DNA from: Polyangiaceae bacterium
GTDB lineage: Bacteria > Myxococcota_A > Polyangia > Polyangiales > Polyangiaceae
Reading direction: 5' to 3'
Assembly: GCA_035063585.1 (NCBI GenBank)
Contig: JAPSGB010000017.1
Span: 22,281 to 86,280 of the forward strand
DNA: 64,000 nucleotides
Positions within the stretch are counted from its first letter, which is position 1. The number at the start of each line of letters is the position of its first letter. The notes under the pieces were generated by a model. That model had not been told where the DNA came from, ran no database searches, and saw only the letters and a program-made list of their open reading frames with translations. Shown here piece by piece: positions 40,485 through 49,427 of the stretch. The position numbers were made by a program, and so were the translations under genes.

Positions 40485-41713
40485 CGCCCGCCTCCATCCG
40501 CGCGCGCCGTCGCGACGACGAAGAGCGCGCGCCGCCCCGTCCACGTCCACGTCGAGTAGAGCCCGAGCCCGCCGGCGTCGTCCAACAGGCGGAGCAGCTC
40601 GCTCTCCGCGTAGAGCCGGCACCGATCGCGCGAGACACAAGGCGTGGTCGCTGCACTCATGGTGGTGAAGTCACCCGCGGCGAGCGTGCGTACCCGATAC
40701 TCGAGCGGAACGGTGAGCGATGGAGCGTCGGGATTTGGCACGGCGCGCGTCGCGAGCGCGCTCCCGCGCTCCTCGGGCTGCCACGCTCCAAACCCGGACT
40801 CGAGCGACGGCGGCGACAGGGGCTTCGCCGGTGTCCCCGCGCCGGGCGACCAGAGCAGGAACTCCTCGCCAGCCGCGCCGGTCGCCTCGATCCAGAGCTC
40901 ATCGGGGCTCGGGCCCACTCCGACGCCTCGGATCGAGCCGACCACCGGCCCCGGCGTGGCTGCCACCGCGCTCGCCACGTAGACGAGCCGGCCCTCTGAC
41001 GTCTGCACCAGCGCCCTGAACCCCTCGGCAGCGGACTCACCGACCCAGACGACCGAGCCCGCGTCGACCGACAGCGCCTCGCTCGCGACGACCTCCCCGC
41101 TCCCGTCGTCGATCCGACGGGACTCGATCTGGAGCTCCGCACCGATGAAGCGGCCCACCGTCAGGTGCTCGGCCGTGGCGGCGGCTCCGACGAGCTGGAT
41201 GCGCGGGCACAGCTCCGGCGGCAGCACCCGGGTCACGAGCCCGCCAGCGCCCGTCAACGTGGTGGCGAGCGTCATCGAGCCGCCGAGAAAACACTCGAGT
41301 AGCACCGGGGAGCTCGCGTCGTTCACCGCGAAGACCTCGGTCGGCTCGTCGCGGGCCTCGGACAGGAGCGAGGGCGCGTCGGCCGCTCGAGCGACCCGGC
41401 GAGCGGCGCCGCTCGGCTCCACCACGAAGAGCGCCTCGTCATGGGTGAGCTCGTCACGCCCCCGCGCCTGATAGCGAGCCTCGACCAGCCGGGCCCCATC
41501 GCGCGCGCGCGACACCTGTACATCGAGAGTGGCGTCTGCTTCCTCCCACCAAGGCCACCAGCGGCTCACCTTGAGCGCCCCGGGGGCGAGGTTCTGCTCG
41601 ACGTACACGCCGCCAATCAGCTCCTCGGACGCGACCTCGTCCGGAAAACTGAGCCCGCAGCCCGCACTCGCAGCCGCGCCGAGGAAGACCAGCCACGCGC
41701 CTACCCGTCTCAC
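40481..41713 (-). CDS. Lipoprotein, hypothetical, beta-rich
   Basis: Lipobox ASAGC; 4-nt overlaps with both neighbours. Confidence 0.7.
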   Translation of the reverse strand: MRRVGAWLVFLGAAASAGCGLSFPDEVASEELIGGVYVEQNLAPGALKVSRWWPWWEEADATLDVQVSRARDGARLVEARYQARGRDELTHDEALFVVEPSGAARRVARAADAPSLLSEARDEPTEVFAVNDASSPVLLECFLGGSMTLATTLTGAGGLVTRVLPPELCPRIQLVGAAATAEHLTVGRFIGAELQIESRRIDDGSGEVVASEALSVDAGSVVWVGESAAEGFRALVQTSEGRLVYVASAVAATPGPVVGSIRGVGVGPSPDELWIEATGAAGEEFLLWSPGAGTPAKPLSPPSLESGFGAWQPEERGSALATRAVPNPDAPSLTVPLEYRVRTLAAGDFTTMSAATTPCVSRDRCRLYAESELLRLLDDAGGLGLYSTWTWTGRRALFVVATARADGGGR

Positions 41714-43104
41714 GTTCCCTCTCGTTTCTTGCGCTCGTCCACGGCTCTGATGAGCGGGATGAGCGGACGGCTCGTCTCGGGGACCCCGAACACCACCTGA
41801 AAACCGAAGACGTGAGCGTCGGGGATGGGGATGAAGGTGGTGGAGTCGGGGCTATTGTAGCTGTAGGAGGCCGCGAGGTGCAGGTTCGAGCCATAGCCGG
41901 TGAGCGGCGCGACCTGTACGTAGGAGTCCCACGACAAGGTCAGCGCGTCGCCGCGCGAGTAGGTGACGCCGCGCGCGCCGAATCGAAACGTGCGGCCGCC
42001 ACCCAGCGGATACTCTTCGACCACACCGAGCTCGCCCCGACGAAACTTCACCGAGGGTGACAGCTCCTGGACGACATGGATCCGAAGCCCTCCGGCGAGG
42101 ACATCATCGGAGCCGAGCTCGAGCTCGTGTGGCGCCGAGCCGGCCTCACTCGGTCGAGCGCTGGCGCCCGGGTCCGTCGCGAGCGCGCGGTAGGCGTCAG
42201 CCGCCTGGTAGTAATCCTTGAGCGGATCGAGCCTCGAGAACCCGAGCATGGGCAGCCCGAAGTCGCGCGGCAGGAGCTGGCGTAATGGCTGCAGGTTGAG
42301 GCGGGCCTCGGAGAGGCGGTACCGGCTCTCGACGAACGCGCTGCGCGGCCCGGCGGGGCCGTCGGTCTCCTCGTAGACGGGCGTATTGGCCCAGACGAGC
42401 GCGGCGAACGCCCCGGTGCGATCTTCGTACACCGAGAGCACCTCGTGCAGCCACAGGCTGTCGTCGCCGGGGTACGCGATCCCCCGGGGCGTCCCCGGCC
42501 TGAAGGGAAGCTGACCGCTATCTGCGCGATCGGCAGTCGCCTGGAAGTTGCCGTAGACGTCGCGCGCAAACGCGCGCTCGCCGGTCAAGTTCTGCATCGA
42601 CGCGAAGGTGATCTGTAGGTCCGCCACCGCCAAGCCCGCGAAGAGGTAGCTCTGACCTGCCCACCCCACCGGGAGCGAGAGATGAACGAAGTCCATGTCG
42701 GCGCCGGCGAAGACCCCCCAAGACTCGAGCCCCCCGAGACCGAAGCCTAGGTTGAGGCGTGAACGGCCGACGGTACCCGCGGCCTGCCGGCCGTCGTTCA
42801 GGAGGAAGTGCCCGGGCGCCCAGCGCGAGGTCACGCCGACGTAGCTCAAGAGCTTCCGGTGCTCGTTCTGCGCCTGTAAGAGCAGCAGGTGCGAACCGAT
42901 GATGTCCATCGAGCGCTTGGTGCTCTCGTAGATGCCGGGCCCGGTGAAGATGGTCTCTCCGAGCGCCGAGGGGGCGGCGACGAGGACGGTCGCGGAGAGG
43001 GCGACCCCGAGGGCCCGCGGCGGCCGCCAGCAATCTCCGAGCGCGCGCGCCTGCGCCGGCGCCTCTACCCGTGACTTGGTCCGTCGAGGACGCCGAACGA
43101 TCAT
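41710..43104 (-). CDS. Exported protein, possibly an outer-membrane beta-barrel
   Basis: Signal-peptide-like N-terminus; amphipathic strands (RLNLGFGLG, TFRFGARGVTY, LHLAASYSY, VFGFQVVFG); start uncertain. Confidence 0.6.
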   Translation of the reverse strand: MIVRRPRRTKSRVEAPAQARALGDCWRPPRALGVALSATVLVAAPSALGETIFTGPGIYESTKRSMDIIGSHLLLLQAQNEHRKLLSYVGVTSRWAPGHFLLNDGRQAAGTVGRSRLNLGFGLGGLESWGVFAGADMDFVHLSLPVGWAGQSYLFAGLAVADLQITFASMQNLTGERAFARDVYGNFQATADRADSGQLPFRPGTPRGIAYPGDDSLWLHEVLSVYEDRTGAFAALVWANTPVYEETDGPAGPRSAFVESRYRLSEARLNLQPLRQLLPRDFGLPMLGFSRLDPLKDYYQAADAYRALATDPGASARPSEAGSAPHELELGSDDVLAGGLRIHVVQELSPSVKFRRGELGVVEEYPLGGGRTFRFGARGVTYSRGDALTLSWDSYVQVAPLTGYGSNLHLAASYSYNSPDSTTFIPIPDAHVFGFQVVFGVPETSRPLIPLIRAVDERKKREGT

Positions 43105-43287
43105 GCGAGCTTCGAGACTCCCAGCTTCTTCCAGCTATCTCATGGCTCATCCATCAATTTCAACTTGAATCGGCCGCTCGTCCGCTCGCTCCGCCGGACC
43201 TCCGGGAGCAGGTGGCGACGCGTGGCGAGACGCGCTCTCAGCCGCGCGGCGGCGCGCGACTGGCCGAGACGCGACTACACTCGAGCC

Positions 43288-43899
43288 ATGTCTCCCGTCG
43301 CGGTCGAGGTCATCGGATATGTGGCGTCATTTCTGGTCGTCAGCTCGCTGGCGATGACGTCAGTGCTCAAGCTTCGCACGCTCTCGCTCCTCGGCTCGAC
43401 GGCCTACGTGATCTATGGGCTCTTGCTCAGCGCCTGGCCGATCGTCGTCGCGAACGGGATCATCGCGCTCCTCAACGCATGGAACATTCATCGAGAGCTC
43501 ACCTCGCACAAGGATCTCGGCGTCTCCCCCATCGACATCGACGCGCCCTATCTGACGGATTTTCTCGAGGCCTGCCGCGGGGACATCGACAAGTTCCAGC
43601 CCGGGGTGACGCCGGAGGCGAGTGATCGCGCCTGGCTCTTCCTGCGCGGGGGGCTGCCGGTCGGCGCGCTCATCGGACGGGTCGACCGGAACGAGTTCCG
43701 CGTGAAGCTCGACTATGTGCGCCCCTCTTTTCGCGACTATAAGCTCGGCGGTTGGCTCTTCGGCGAGGGCTTCAAGCAACTCGGGCTCTCGGGGGTCACC
43801 CGGATCGTGGCGAATCCGGGCACCGCGTCGCACCGCCGCTATCTCGCGAGCTTCGCGTTCACGCGCGACGGCGAGTCGATGTCGCGCGAGGTGGGCTGA
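43288..43899 (+). CDS. YgjV-like small membrane domain fused to a GNAT-like domain
   Basis: IGYVASFLVVSSLAMTSVLKLRTLSLLGS...YG...AWPIVVAN; C-terminal LDYVRPSFRDYKLG...HRRYL. Confidence 0.7.
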   Translation: MSPVAVEVIGYVASFLVVSSLAMTSVLKLRTLSLLGSTAYVIYGLLLSAWPIVVANGIIALLNAWNIHRELTSHKDLGVSPIDIDAPYLTDFLEACRGDIDKFQPGVTPEASDRAWLFLRGGLPVGALIGRVDRNEFRVKLDYVRPSFRDYKLGGWLFGEGFKQLGLSGVTRIVANPGTASHRRYLASFAFTRDGESMSREVG

Positions 43900-43973
43900 G
43901 GGCAGGGTAGGGAGGGCTGCACTGTCCCCAGCTTGACCCCACACCGAACCGATCTATATTGAACGAGAAGCTC

Positions 43974-44359
43974 ATGACCGAAGCTCTCGGCGGCAGCAAG
44001 CGGGTGCTCATCGTGCTCTTCGTCCCGAGCGTGGAGCGAGACGGCAAGACCGAGATCGACCAAGACACCTGGGTCACGGCGGCCCTTACGATGTTCGGCT
44101 CGGTCTTCGGTGGGGCCACGGCGTACCCAAGAGCTCGTGGAGTCTGGCGCGACGACGAACGGGGCGGAGTGCTCGTGTTCGACGAGCCCGTGGTCGTCCA
44201 TTGCTACACGACTCCCGACCTGATCAGTGTCGAAGAGAACCTCGGACACCTCGGAGCCTTTGCCGGAGGATGGGCCGCGAGACGAACCAGGGCGAGATCG
44301 GCCTGGTCATCGGTGACGAGTACCTGGCCGTCCAGGACTACACGGAGGACGAACCATGA
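43974..44359 (+). pseudogene. Frameshifted ~128-aa small alpha/beta protein (PII/ferredoxin-like; SAM-lyase/DUF3574-like motifs)
   Basis: Frame 1 to ...LGHLGAF; restoring one base at TTT 44259-44261 continues CRRMGRETNQGEIGLVIGDEYLAVQDYTEDEP* ending in an ATGA overlap with the next gene. Confidence 0.65.
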
Positions 44360-44709
44360 AGCCCAAGCTCGACATGGACAAGATCGCCCAGGGTCTTCGT
44401 GCAAGCAGACGAGGCCCCGTCCAGGCGACCGGGGGGTACCCTGGAGCGCTTCAGCTCGTTACCGAGATTCAGGCTCGGTTCAGGACACCCGCTCGGGGTG
44501 GACGGCCGACAGATCCAGCGTGGACCGAACGTCGGTTGGTTCCCCTGGCACCGAAGACGCTCGACAAGCTGGAGCACCTTACAGCAGGCCTTCAGGGTGA
44601 AGGCATCGCCATCGAGCCCCTCCAACTCGCTGGGCTGCTCCTGGAGCGGGCCGCCGAGAGTATCGAGCCCCAGGTAGCCGGGCAGCTTGCCAGGTCCAGG
44701 AGAAGGTGA
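44356..44709 (+). CDS. Small putative DNA-binding (ribbon-helix-helix-like) protein
   Basis: GGAGG RBS; RGGRPTDPAWTERRLVPLAPKTLDKLEHL...EPLQLAGLLLERA strand-helix-helix pattern. Confidence 0.65.
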   Translation: MKPKLDMDKIAQGLRASRRGPVQATGGYPGALQLVTEIQARFRTPARGGRPTDPAWTERRLVPLAPKTLDKLEHLTAGLQGEGIAIEPLQLAGLLLERAAESIEPQVAGQLARSRRR

Positions 44710-44825
44710 CCCGGTGTCGGAGAAACGTGAGGAGCAGCATTGGGACCGTAAGAACCGCTCCATCACCCTCTTGGCCAATAGACCTTGGCCACGAAGTGTC
44801 CGCCACGCGGGGGGAGGTTCACATG

Positions 44826-44868
44826 GAAAGAAGAATCGCTGACGCCGCCACCAGCAACGTCAGCGATT
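44826..44868 (-). terminator. Probable intrinsic terminator downstream of tRNA-Leu
   Basis: Stem AATCGCTGACG/CGTCAGCGATT followed on the minus strand by CTTCTTTC. Confidence 0.65.
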
Positions 44869-44874
44869 TCCACT

Positions 44875-44959
44875 TGGTGCACGAGGAGGGACTCGAACCC
44901 ACACACCTTGCGGTACCGGAACCTAAATCCGGCGCGTCTACCAGTTCCGCCACTCGTGC
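44875..44959 (-). tRNA. tRNA-Leu (anticodon TAG)
   Basis: GCACGAG/CTCGTGC acceptor stem, D arm GGCGGAACTGGTAGACGC, CCGGA-TTTAGGT-TCCGG anticodon arm, long variable arm, GTTCGAGTC T loop, encoded CCA; 85 nt. Confidence 0.97.
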
Positions 44960-45024
44960 GAGGGGGGGAGAGATAGCACGGATCGCCGCCCCCGCGCCGC
45001 TCGCTCAGCCCGCGGGTCGCGCGC

Positions 45025-46212
45025 TCATCCCTTCTTCGGACCGAATCCGCGCGGCGAGTTCCAGCGGCCGCGGACGTGGACCTTGAGCACGTCGCGGAAG
45101 AGGCCGATGTGCGCGCAGTGGTCCATCTTGTCGTTGCCCGAGTACCCGCGCTCGTGGAAACCCGCCTTGTCGAAGCGGTCGATGAGGTCGAGCCCCATCG
45201 GGTCGCCGGAGCGCGGGCGCACCTTGCGGGTGCGGCCGCCGACCTCTTGGACGAGAAACTCCGCCGTCTCGGTGGTCGAGGCGTACCCGGGCGGGATGAT
45301 CGACGAGTGGCTGACGAACATCGTCTTCTTGCCACGCGCGGCGAGCTTCGCGAAGTCGATCACAGGCTGGATCTGGAGCGCGTTCAGCGTGCTCCCGGTG
45401 TAGCCGCAGTGCAGCCCGTCGAGCAGCACCACCGTGTCGACGGTCTTCTTCGCGTAGTCCTGCTTCAAGATCTCGATGACCGCGCCGTAACCCGCGCTCC
45501 ACGCCGAGAGGCCGACGTGGCGCACGTGCGCGCGCGCGTTGCCGCTCCGCTTCGCCATGGTCGCCTCGACGCTCGCGACCAGCTTCTCGAACGAGCCGGG
45601 GCCTGCGAACGCGGCCGAGTACGGGCCCGAGCCGATGCCGAGATCGATACCGACCAGCACCGCTCCATGCATCACCTGAACCCACTCCTTGCGGACCGCC
45701 TCGTGCCCGTGGAAATGGATCATGACGTCGAACGCGCCGTTCTTGGCGACGCCGCCGCGGTGCGGCGCGATCATCTGGCCCATCGACACCGAGCGATCCC
45801 ATCGATCGTAGATCCCGAATCCCGGGTCTGGCGTGTTGCAGGGGTTGACGCCCCGCTCCTTGGCCGACTTCTGCACCTGCGTCGAAGGCGCCGGCTTGGC
45901 GACCGCGCCCTCTTTACGCGGTGCACTGGAGGCGGCCGGCTCCGGCCCGCGGTCGCTGCCCTTGCGGCGCCGCGCGCCGGGCTCCGGGATGACCAGCGTC
46001 TGCCCGGGCCGGATCGAGTCGTCCTGCTCGAGCCCATTCGCCTGGCGAATGGCTGCGACCGAGACGCCGTACCGCCGCGCGATGCTCCAGAGGGAGTTGC
46101 CGCGCGACACCTCGTGCGTCTTCGGCGCGCCGAAGGCCGGGCCCACCATCGCCGCCACCCCAAGCAGGGCGAGCGCGGCTCGGAGCCGCCAGGAGGAGTG
46201 CGTGCGCGTCAT
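45025..46212 (-). CDS. Secreted LysM-domain protein with alpha/beta-hydrolase-like C-terminal domain
   Basis: HEVSRGNSLWSIARRYGVSVAAIRQANGL...IRPGQTLVIP; HFHG, GLSAWSAGYG, LLDGLH, DHCAH. Confidence 0.85.
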   Translation of the reverse strand: MTRTHSSWRLRAALALLGVAAMVGPAFGAPKTHEVSRGNSLWSIARRYGVSVAAIRQANGLEQDDSIRPGQTLVIPEPGARRRKGSDRGPEPAASSAPRKEGAVAKPAPSTQVQKSAKERGVNPCNTPDPGFGIYDRWDRSVSMGQMIAPHRGGVAKNGAFDVMIHFHGHEAVRKEWVQVMHGAVLVGIDLGIGSGPYSAAFAGPGSFEKLVASVEATMAKRSGNARAHVRHVGLSAWSAGYGAVIEILKQDYAKKTVDTVVLLDGLHCGYTGSTLNALQIQPVIDFAKLAARGKKTMFVSHSSIIPPGYASTTETAEFLVQEVGGRTRKVRPRSGDPMGLDLIDRFDKAGFHERGYSGNDKMDHCAHIGLFRDVLKVHVRGRWNSPRGFGPKKG

Positions 46213-46405
46213 GATGCGGGCGACCGGCCCCCAACCTGCTCCGAGCGGACCCAGCTTTCAACTTACTGGCGACGATTTTGCGGATGAAATCCAGGATTTT
46301 GGCGAGATCCCGCGCGGTTGGGCGCGATCGCAGCGCGCGCCCGAGGGCCGCCGCGAGCCGGGGAGGCGCTTGACCCGCGATGGCCCGCCGGGGAGATAGT
46401 CGCGC

Positions 46406-47296
46406 ATGCGACGAACTCTCCTGAGGCTCACGGCGGTGTGCTGCGGCGCGGCTGCCTGCGGCGGAGCCGCGACCACGCCGACGGCTCCCAGCCCGGCGAC
46501 GCGCGCGAGCGCGGACCCGCCGGCACCCGCGCCCCGCGAGGCTCCCGCCGCGCCCGCGCCCGGGGACCCGACGAGCGCAGCGGACGAGTGCCCGGAGGGC
46601 ATGGTCAAGGTCGACGGTGGGACGCTGTGGATGGGCTCGCCCGACGGCGTCGGCGCGAAGGACGAGCACCCGCAGCACAGAACGGAGCTCCTCGCCTTCT
46701 GCATGGACGCCCGCGAGGTCACGGTGGGCGCGTACGCGGCCTGCGTGAAGAACGCCATCTGCGAGCCGCTCCCGACCGAGGTGCAGCTCCTCCGACCGCA
46801 GAAGTCCGAGGCCCACGAGGCCGCCAGCGCGCTCTGCACCGGCGGCATGAGAGATAGCGCGAGCCTGCCCCTCAACTGCGCCGACGCCCGCCTCGCCGAG
46901 AAGTACTGTGAGTGGAAGGGACGCCGCCTGCCGACCGAGGCCGAGTGGGAGTTTGCCGCCACCGGCGGAGAGGACAAGCTGAGCTTTCCATGGGGAGCTG
47001 CTCCACCGAGCGCCGCGAACGCGTGCTTCGGGGTGAAGACGCCCTGCCCGGCGGGCTCCAAGCCGCCCGGCGCCTTCGGGCTCTTCGATCTCGCCGGCAG
47101 CTTGAGCGAGTGGACGCGGACCGCCTACGGTCCGTATCCGACGCCGCCGGACTCCAGTACTGCGACCGCGCAGGTCATCCGCGGCGGGAGCTTTCGCTCC
47201 ACCAAGCCCGAGGAGCTCTCCCCGAAGCGACGCGCCTCCGCCGAGCCGCTCTTCGCAGACGTGACCGTCGGTTTCCGGTGCGCCAAAGATCTCTGA
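46406..47296 (+). CDS. SUMF1/FGE-sulfatase domain lipoprotein
   Basis: CPEGMVKVDGG, EVTVGAY, RRLPTEAEWEFAA, FGLFDLAGSLSEW, RGGSF, GFRCA. Confidence 0.92.
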   Translation: MRRTLLRLTAVCCGAAACGGAATTPTAPSPATRASADPPAPAPREAPAAPAPGDPTSAADECPEGMVKVDGGTLWMGSPDGVGAKDEHPQHRTELLAFCMDAREVTVGAYAACVKNAICEPLPTEVQLLRPQKSEAHEAASALCTGGMRDSASLPLNCADARLAEKYCEWKGRRLPTEAEWEFAATGGEDKLSFPWGAAPPSAANACFGVKTPCPAGSKPPGAFGLFDLAGSLSEWTRTAYGPYPTPPDSSTATAQVIRGGSFRSTKPEELSPKRRASAEPLFADVTVGFRCAKDL

Positions 47297-47336
47297 GCGG
47301 CGCCCGCCGCCGGCCGCGCCAGGCCAGCCCCCTCCC

Positions 47337-48434
47337 CTAGCGAGCGGGTTTCGACTGCTTCTGGTCGGTGCGGCGCGGAAGCTCGTAGCCCGGAAGCGGC
47401 TCTTGCTGCGTCGAGCAGTGGAGCGTGCCGAGGCCGAGCACGAGGTCGAGCGCGTGGATACCGATCACGGCGCGCGCGGGGAAGAGCTCCGCGAGCGTCC
47501 CGAGCGCGACACGGTCGCTCGGATCGTTGAAGGTCGGGACCAGCACGAGCTCGTTCGCGAGGTAGAAGTTCGCGTAGCTCGCCGGCACACGCTGCCCGTC
47601 GAAGTAGAGCGGCGCAGGCATCGGCAGCGGGATCAGCTCGAGGTGGCGGCCGCGCGCGTCGGTCACGCCCTCGAGGTGCTCGCGCGCCGCTTCGAGGGTT
47701 CGGTGGTTCGGGTCGCGCGGGTTCGACTCGCGACACAAGACCACCCGACCGGGCGCGACGAAGCGGACGAAATCATCGGTGTGGCCCGAGGTGTCATCGC
47801 CCGCGATCCCGGCGGGCAGCCACAGGACCTTGTCGACCCCGAGGTAGTCAGAGAGCGCGCGCTCGACGCCGGCGCGGCCGAGCTCGGCCGCGCGCGGATA
47901 CGGCCCGGTGAGCAGGCACTCCTCGGTGACCATGAGCGTCCCCTCGCCGTCGACCTCGATCGCGCCGCCCTCGAGCACCACGCCGGGCTCCCACGCGCGT
48001 CGCGCGAAGCGCGCGGCCACGCTCTTGCCCGCCGCCTCGTCGAGGCGATGGTCGTCGTAGCGCGCCCAGCCGTCGAAGCGCCACTTCACGGCGCCGAGCT
48101 CGACGCCACGCGCCGCGTCGCGCACGACCGCGAGCGGAAGGAAATCGCGCGTCCAGCTCCGGTTGGTCGCGGCGCGCACGAAGTCGATGCGCGTGAGCTC
48201 GGCGCCCGCCTTCTGGAGGTAGCGGCGCGCGCGCACCTCCATCGCTTCGCTGGCGACCAGGAGTCGCACGCGCTCGACGCGCGTGAGCGCGCGGGCAAGC
48301 TCCGCGAACGCCCAAGGGATGGGCGCGAACTTTCCCGGCCAGTCGGTGAGGTTGTGCGGCCAGGCGAGCCAAGTCGCCCGGTGCGGCTCCCACTCGGCCG
48401 GCATGCGAAAGCCGAGCGCGCGCGGGGTCTTCAT
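47337..48434 (-). CDS. aguA: Agmatine deiminase
   Basis: MPAEWEPH, WTRD, LEGGAIEVDGEG, DDTSGHTD, ASYANF, GTLHCSTQQ. Confidence 0.93.
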   Translation of the reverse strand: MKTPRALGFRMPAEWEPHRATWLAWPHNLTDWPGKFAPIPWAFAELARALTRVERVRLLVASEAMEVRARRYLQKAGAELTRIDFVRAATNRSWTRDFLPLAVVRDAARGVELGAVKWRFDGWARYDDHRLDEAAGKSVAARFARRAWEPGVVLEGGAIEVDGEGTLMVTEECLLTGPYPRAAELGRAGVERALSDYLGVDKVLWLPAGIAGDDTSGHTDDFVRFVAPGRVVLCRESNPRDPNHRTLEAAREHLEGVTDARGRHLELIPLPMPAPLYFDGQRVPASYANFYLANELVLVPTFNDPSDRVALGTLAELFPARAVIGIHALDLVLGLGTLHCSTQQEPLPGYELPRRTDQKQSKPAR

Positions 48435-49309
48435 TTCCCGAAGCGCGCTCCGAGGCCGGCGTAGGCGTCGACGCGGCGATCGCGGAAGAAGGGCCAGCCG
48501 CGGCGGATCTCCTCGATCTTGCCGAGGTCACACTCGACGACCAGGACCGCCTCCTCCTCGCCGGCCTCGGCGATCACGGTCCCGGTCGGATCGCACACGA
48601 ACGAGCGCCCCCAGAAGTCGAGCCCGCCGTCCTTCGGGCCCTCGTGCCCAACCCGGTTCACCGCGCAGACGAACACGCCGTTGGCGATGGCGTGGCTGCG
48701 CTGGATGGTCTGCCAGGCGGCGAGCTGCGAGTCGCCGTGCGTGGCGCGCTCACTCGGGTGCCAGCCGATGGCGGTCGGATAGAAGAGGATCTCCGCGCCG
48801 GCGAGCGCGGTGAGCCGGGCCGCCTCGGGGTACCACTGATCCCAGCACACGAGCGGCCCGACCTCCGCGTGGGGCGTCCGCACGCTCATGAACCCGAGGT
48901 CGCCCGGCGCGAAGTAGAACTTCTCGTAATAGAGCGGATCGTCCGGGATGTGCATCTTCCGGTACTTGCCGAGGAGCGCGCCGTCCGGCCCGTAGACGAG
49001 CGCGGTGTTGTGATAAAGGCCGGGCGCGCGGCGCTCGTACACGCTCGCCACGACCGTGACCCGGTGCTCGCGCGCCGCCGACGCGACGGCCTCGGTGGTG
49101 GGGCTCGGGATGGGCTCGGCGAGATCGAAGAGCTCCTGATCTTCCACCTGGCAGAAGTACGGACCGGCGAAGAGCTCCTGGAGGCACACGATGCCGGCGC
49201 CGCGCGACGCGGCCTCGGCGATCCGCGCCACGGCCTTGTCCACGTTCTCTCTCCGGTCGTCCCCGGTGGACATCTGGACGAGCCCGAGCGTCACCTGTCG
49301 CGCGGTCAT
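48431..49309 (-). CDS. aguB: N-carbamoylputrescine amidase (carbon-nitrogen hydrolase)
   Basis: CLQELF, YRKMHIPDDPLYYEKFYF, VCWDQWYPE, YPTAIGW; coupled to aguA. Confidence 0.9.
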   Translation of the reverse strand: MTARQVTLGLVQMSTGDDRRENVDKAVARIAEAASRGAGIVCLQELFAGPYFCQVEDQELFDLAEPIPSPTTEAVASAAREHRVTVVASVYERRAPGLYHNTALVYGPDGALLGKYRKMHIPDDPLYYEKFYFAPGDLGFMSVRTPHAEVGPLVCWDQWYPEAARLTALAGAEILFYPTAIGWHPSERATHGDSQLAAWQTIQRSHAIANGVFVCAVNRVGHEGPKDGGLDFWGRSFVCDPTGTVIAEAGEEEAVLVVECDLGKIEEIRRGWPFFRDRRVDAYAGLGARFGK

Positions 49310-49427
49310 GGTTGACGGCCACCGTAGTGTGCGGGGGCGCGCGGCGCCAGCCCGGCGGCGGTCACCGGTATCGGGCAGCGGCCCGCGGCTCGTCGGGCGG
49401 CACGCGCGGCGTCGAGCTCGCGGGGGC

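Noticed and set aside
43140..43170. AT-rich GGCTCATCCATCAATTTCAACTTG as a possible IS end
   Set aside because: No partner inverted repeat or transposase fragment identified
38896..44874. att-like direct repeat of the tRNA-Leu 3' end
   Set aside because: None found by eye, so island boundaries were not annotated as a feature
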